This document shows positions 59,857-64,000 of a stretch of DNA of 64,000 nucleotides, one piece after another (the stretch's first letter is position 1; every line of letters starts with the position of its first letter). This stretch comes from Ignavibacteriota bacterium (GTDB lineage: Bacteria; Bacteroidota; Ignavibacteria; Palsa-1295). A program made the translations under genes and the position numbers. The notes beneath the pieces are model-generated. The model had not been told where the DNA came from. It made no database searches and was given only the letters and a program-made list of their open reading frames with translations. Location: NCBI GenBank assembly GCA_963794025.1, contig CAWCCK010000014.1, forward strand, positions 10,162-74,161, read 5' to 3'.

Positions 59857-61617
59857 TTACAATAACACGCTTCCCACGCTTTCGATCTGCTCCGATTCCG
59901 ATTGATAGACTTCCCGATAGATCGGCTGCTTCACCGCTGCTTTGTTGCTTGCGATCGGCTGGCCGAGATCGCCGATGGAATCGTATGACATGCTATTAAA
60001 TTCTGGAATCAATTTAGCGATCTCATCGAAAATTTCTTCGGTGTGCTGATATTTCCAATTTGCGCCAAGCGCGTTTGCTACCATTTGGACGAAACGCCAT
60101 GCTTCGCGTGCGTCGCGTTTGTTCGAACGTGCCCATTTATCATAAGGCGAACCAAAGCGGTCGAGGCGTGACATGTGCAACTGATCCATTCCGCGCTGAT
60201 AGTATTTCGTTGTAACAGCGGGACGAAGCTGCTGCGCCCAGCCTTCAAAATTCACGAGAACGCCATCGCGCTCCGCCCATTGTGCGATGCTGAACACGAC
60301 ATCCGCGCGTCTGGTCGTAATGCTTTCGTTGGAAGCACAAACTGCAAAAAATTCCACATTCTCGAATGCTTCAAGCAGCGCGGGATCGGCAAGCACATTT
60401 CCAGCAATGGAAAAGACAGCTTTGATCTTTCGAGAATGCAACAATTCGATGATCGTTTTTTCCGCTTCTTTTTCACCGTGGATATGCTGATAATGTCCAT
60501 CGGCCACGCTTCCGACGAGCGTAGCGCCCATGGCATTTGGTAACTTATCGGCACGAAGAAGCAACCGCTCGTCCTCGCCAACGATATGCGGAATGAACGG
60601 AACAAAATGCCGTCCGAATTTTTCTTTGGCAAGTTTCAGGAAAAGGTAACTATCTTCGATCGGCTGACGAGCAGAACCGAGCAGGAGCACTTCGTCCGGT
60701 TTATATTTTGCAAGCTCTTCGACTACGCGCCGAACGGCAGCTTCGTTATCTGTTGGCTGATGAATGCCATTCGCATCTTTCATGCGCGGGCCGTCAATGC
60801 GCTCATCGTTGACGCCATGATAGGTATTTAAACGACCGTGATCGCACATCCAATATCCATTGACGTTTGGATTATTGCGCGGCTCCAAACGCAGAATTTC
60901 GTTATCGCGAACGCCAACACGAATGCTGCATCCACGCGAGCATCCATGACAGACGGAATCCGTGAACGACATATCCCACACACGCGCCTTGAAACGGAAA
61001 TCACGGCTGGTAAGCGCACCGACGGGACAAATATCTATCACGTTCATGGACATATTATTATCGAAGCCTTCTTCGGGATTCGACACAATAGTTACATGGT
61101 CGCCGCGATTGACGAAGGTTAGAACCGGCTGCTCGGCAATCTCATCTGCAAAGCGAATACAGCGCGAGCACGAAATGCAACGCTCGGCATCGAACAAAAC
61201 TTGCGGCCCAAGCGCGACACGTTTTTCCTTGTGAACTTTTTCCTCGACGAACCGTGAAACGCCGCGCGAATGATCGAACGCATAATCTTGCAGCTTGCAT
61301 TGGCCGGCTTCATCGCAGATCGGGCAATCGAGCGGATGATTGATGAGCAGGAATTCCATGATGTCCTCGCGGCCTTCGACGGCTTTTTCGGAGATCGTCT
61401 TCACGACCATCCCCTCAGCGATCGGCGTGGCGCATGCAATTTGCAGCTTGCCCATTTTTTCCACTTCGACCAAGCACATGCGGCAATTACCCGCAACCGT
61501 CAGCGCCGGATGCCAGCAAAAATGCGGGATGTCCATCCCCTGTTCCAGCGCAACCTGAATGATCGTCTGGCCCTGCTGGCCTTCGTATTCGTTTCCGTCG
61601 ATAGTAAGTTTTGGCAT
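59857..61617 (-). CDS. nuoG: NADH-quinone oxidoreductase subunit G
   Basis: HFCWHP..GNCRMCLVE, HPLDCPICDEAGQCKLQ, CISCSRCIRF, CHGCSRGC. ATG at 61617. Confidence 0.93.
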   Translation of the reverse strand: MPKLTIDGNEYEGQQGQTIIQVALEQGMDIPHFCWHPALTVAGNCRMCLVEVEKMGKLQIACATPIAEGMVVKTISEKAVEGREDIMEFLLINHPLDCPICDEAGQCKLQDYAFDHSRGVSRFVEEKVHKEKRVALGPQVLFDAERCISCSRCIRFADEIAEQPVLTFVNRGDHVTIVSNPEEGFDNNMSMNVIDICPVGALTSRDFRFKARVWDMSFTDSVCHGCSRGCSIRVGVRDNEILRLEPRNNPNVNGYWMCDHGRLNTYHGVNDERIDGPRMKDANGIHQPTDNEAAVRRVVEELAKYKPDEVLLLGSARQPIEDSYLFLKLAKEKFGRHFVPFIPHIVGEDERLLLRADKLPNAMGATLVGSVADGHYQHIHGEKEAEKTIIELLHSRKIKAVFSIAGNVLADPALLEAFENVEFFAVCASNESITTRRADVVFSIAQWAERDGVLVNFEGWAQQLRPAVTTKYYQRGMDQLHMSRLDRFGSPYDKWARSNKRDAREAWRFVQMVANALGANWKYQHTEEIFDEIAKLIPEFNSMSYDSIGDLGQPIASNKAAVKQPIYREVYQSESEQIESVGSVLL

Positions 61618-61727
61618 GATGTAGATTTCGTTGGGACTTGAAACAGAGGTAAGGGAAAAATCCATCCCCGTGTTTTCGATTGTTTATGGAGGGCACTTAT
61701 GAATGAGAGGATTAGTTCAATTTTATT

Positions 61728-61952
61728 ATGTTCAGAGAAACGGATCGTGTAATTGAAGAGGCATTGGAGCTTCCACCAGCGGATCGCCTTCGCGTCGCTG
61801 AACGCCTGCTCGAAAGCGTACCGGAAGACGAAATTATGGAAGCGTGGCTCGATGAAGCCGAACGCAGGCAAGCTGAGTGGGACGCCGGACTCGTTCAAGG
61901 TTTTGATCTTGAAGATGTTCTGAAAGAGGCTCGCGCACGAATTTCAAAATGA
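61728..61952 (+). CDS. Putative addiction-module component (TIGR02574-like antitoxin)
   Basis: ALELPPADRLRVAERLLESV..AWLDEAERR; ATGA overlap with the toxin gene. Confidence 0.85.
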   Translation: MFRETDRVIEEALELPPADRLRVAERLLESVPEDEIMEAWLDEAERRQAEWDAGLVQGFDLEDVLKEARARISK

Positions 61953-62239
61953 AGGTTACACTGCACCCCGAAGCGAGATCCGAATTTTTCGAAGCAGTGG
62001 AATTTTATGCTAATGAAAGTACTTCGCTTGCCGAACGATTTATTTCAGAATTCGAAGCGGCCACCGAAGAAATTAGCTTGCACCCCAATAGATACCGCAA
62101 AACTCGCCGTCGCTCTCGCCTAAAAGAATTTCGAATATTCCCGTATTACTTAGTCTATCGAGTTTTGGACGATATAATTAAGATCGATGCTGTCGCGCAC
62201 GACAAGCGAAAGCCGGGATATTGGAAAAAGCGAATTTAA
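61949..62239 (+). CDS. RelE/ParE family toxin
   Basis: HPEARSEFFEAVEFY..FPYYLVYR..AVAHDKRKPGYWKKR. Confidence 0.88.
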   Translation: MKVTLHPEARSEFFEAVEFYANESTSLAERFISEFEAATEEISLHPNRYRKTRRRSRLKEFRIFPYYLVYRVLDDIIKIDAVAHDKRKPGYWKKRI

Positions 62240-62277
62240 GTATTTATTCGTGTCTCTTTTTCATTCCTTCCTTTTCC

Positions 62278-63652
62278 TTAACTTTTCTCCTCCACCTCCG
62301 GCACGACGCTCACAAGCATCAGCGCACTTTCGTCCTCGAATAATCGGGCGGCTTCGTCGCGGACTTCCTCCAGGGTAAGTCGCGCGATTTTCTCCACATC
62401 GCGCTCGATCGGATGATAGCCGCCGAAGTACAGCTCATTTTGCGCAGAACGCATCATCCGATTCGTTACGGATTCCATCGGCAGCACCAGTCCACCGATA
62501 AGCTGCTCTTTGGCGCGTTCCAGTTCCGCATTTGAAATCGGTTTTGCGACAAGATTTTTTGCGCAGCGCCGCATTTCGCGGATGGTGCGTTCGCGGTTAT
62601 CTATTGCGGTTGCAATATAAAATCCCACCGCGCCTGCATCTTCGAACGCAGAATAAAATGCCATCGCATCGTAGGCAAGTCCGAGTTCCTCGCGCAAACG
62701 GAGATTAAGTCGGCTGCTCATGCCCACTCCGGCAATCGTGATAAGCGCATTAATAGCAAGATGTCGCTTCGCATGAATTCCCGGCGCGCGACGTCCCAAA
62801 ATAATATGCGCTTGCTGTCCTGAAGCGCGCGTGATATTATGCTTCGCTCCATTGGTGCGCGGGAATTTTGGCATCGTAACAGCGCGCCGTGAAACCTGCG
62901 GCGAAACATGACGAACCGCTCTATCAACCGCACGAAAAAGATCCTCATGCGAATGGGAACCGCTTGCCACGATCACAATATCGCTCGCGCCATAATGCTT
63001 ACGGTGAAATGCTGCCAGTACTTTTGGAATTAAAACTATTTACAGTTCCCGCCGTGCCGATGATCGGTTTTGCGATCGGATGCTTACCAAAGATCTCGCG
63101 CTCGAAGAGATCGAATACCAATTCATCCGGCTCATCTTCTAATCCGTTGATTTCTTCAATGACGACGGCTTTTTCGCTTTCAATATCACGCGCAGAAAAT
63201 TTTGGTCGCGTGGCAAGATCGAAAAGAACCGAGACGGATTCATCGAGATGCGTGGTGCGGGTCCATGTATAAAAACACGTATGCTCTTTCGTGGTAAAGG
63301 CATTCAGGAAACCACCGCGCGATTCGATGGAGCGCATGATCTCCCGCATGGTGCGGCCCGCAGTTCCTTTAAAAACAACATGCTCGATAAAGTGGGCGAT
63401 ACCATTATTTCGCAAATTTTCATCCCGCGAACCAACTTTTACCCACAGCCCCACGGCAAGCGAAGAAGCACCCGTCACGCGCTCACTCACAACCCGCAAG
63501 CCATTCGGATACACCTTGATGCTTACATCGACGGGAGCGATCTCTTCGGGTCGCAGATACCGTGCAACATCCGGCGAGAGCGCTTTGCGCCTTGCCGGGA
63601 GTGATAACTGTTCGTCGATGGAGAGGATGGATTGTCTTTTCTTAGATTTCAA
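62278..63652 (-). CDS. M16 family (pitrilysin-like) zinc peptidase; one extra A near 63022-63025 splits the ORF
   Basis: HFIEH inverted zinc motif, NAFTTKEHT, SSRL..LREELGLAY. Removing one base restores NSKVLAAFHRKHY. Start uncertain because the ORF-track TTG at 63700 lies inside a TATTTTTG promoter (63705-63698). Confidence 0.9.
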
Positions 63653-63870
63653 AAGGATTTTACTTAGATTTGAAGTAATGGCGAGGATCAATGCTAACAA
63701 AAATACGGGTATTATTTAGGGAACGCTTTCAATCCCAATAATCAATATGGGAAGTAAAGTCGGGTTATGGTAACATTTATTAATATACATATAACGTAAC
63801 CGTATTCTCTTTTTGCCACTCACCTATAGTAATCGTTGTTTAATCAGCAAGCCCCCCCTCTTGAAAATTT

Positions 63871-64000
63871 ATGCGAATTGCACATCTTTCGGATTGCCAT
63901 ATTAATCTCAAGTACCATCCCCAGCATTTGCCACGACTGCGGAGGGCGCTGGAAAACGCCCTTGAGCAAAACGGTGCCGATCACATTATCATTACCGGCG
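63871..64000 (+). CDS. Metallophosphoesterase (CpdA/Icc-like), N-terminal fragment
   Basis: MRIAHLSDCH...ADHIIITG(D): DxH motif and the start of the GD motif. Runs off the window edge. Confidence 0.8.
   Translation, partial: MRIAHLSDCHINLKYHPQHLPRLRRALENALEQNGADHIIITG

Overview
Core chromosomal window from an FCB-group bacterium. Evidence for this placement is four T9SS C-terminal sorting domains, a GWxTD protein, TAnnTTTG promoters and futalosine-type menaquinone genes; Candidatus Kapabacteria or an Ignavibacteria-like lineage is my inference. Housekeeping content includes purA, hemF, an amidase, waaA, lipA, fmt, nuoG/H/I, tRNA-Leu(GAG), tRNA-Ile2(CAT), and a roughly 21-kb minus-strand run: yceD-rpmF-plsX-fabH-fabD-DUF3109-fabG-acpP-fabF-rnc-aroA-aroE-aroC-aroKB-aroQ-mqnP-ubiX-ubiD-folB-folK-dck-ompA-like. 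No CRISPR array, integrase, transposase or phage genes are visible. Intergenic DNA is rich in REP-like palindromes and 7-bp microsatellites. The best leads are: (1) an ECF sigma factor paired with an anti-sigma that appears to span both membranes (anti-sigma domain, TM helix, disordered linker, C-terminal beta-barrel), with an AAC-N16-nGT promoter motif upstream of five genes; (2) a long, highly structured leader RNA before a Mor-like HTH gene; (3) an 11.2-15.9 kb regulatory cassette with an XRE gene, a TGCGA-repeat alternative-hairpin element, a beta/gamma-crystallin protein, and a small secreted protein divergent from an HTH-TPR-like regulator; (4) tandem CX4CH lipoprotein cytochromes; (5) a degenerate RecA-fold pseudo-ATPase. 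Single-base frameshifts in fabF, fabH and an M16 peptidase most likely reflect sequencing errors. All calls were made by eye; no database searches were run.
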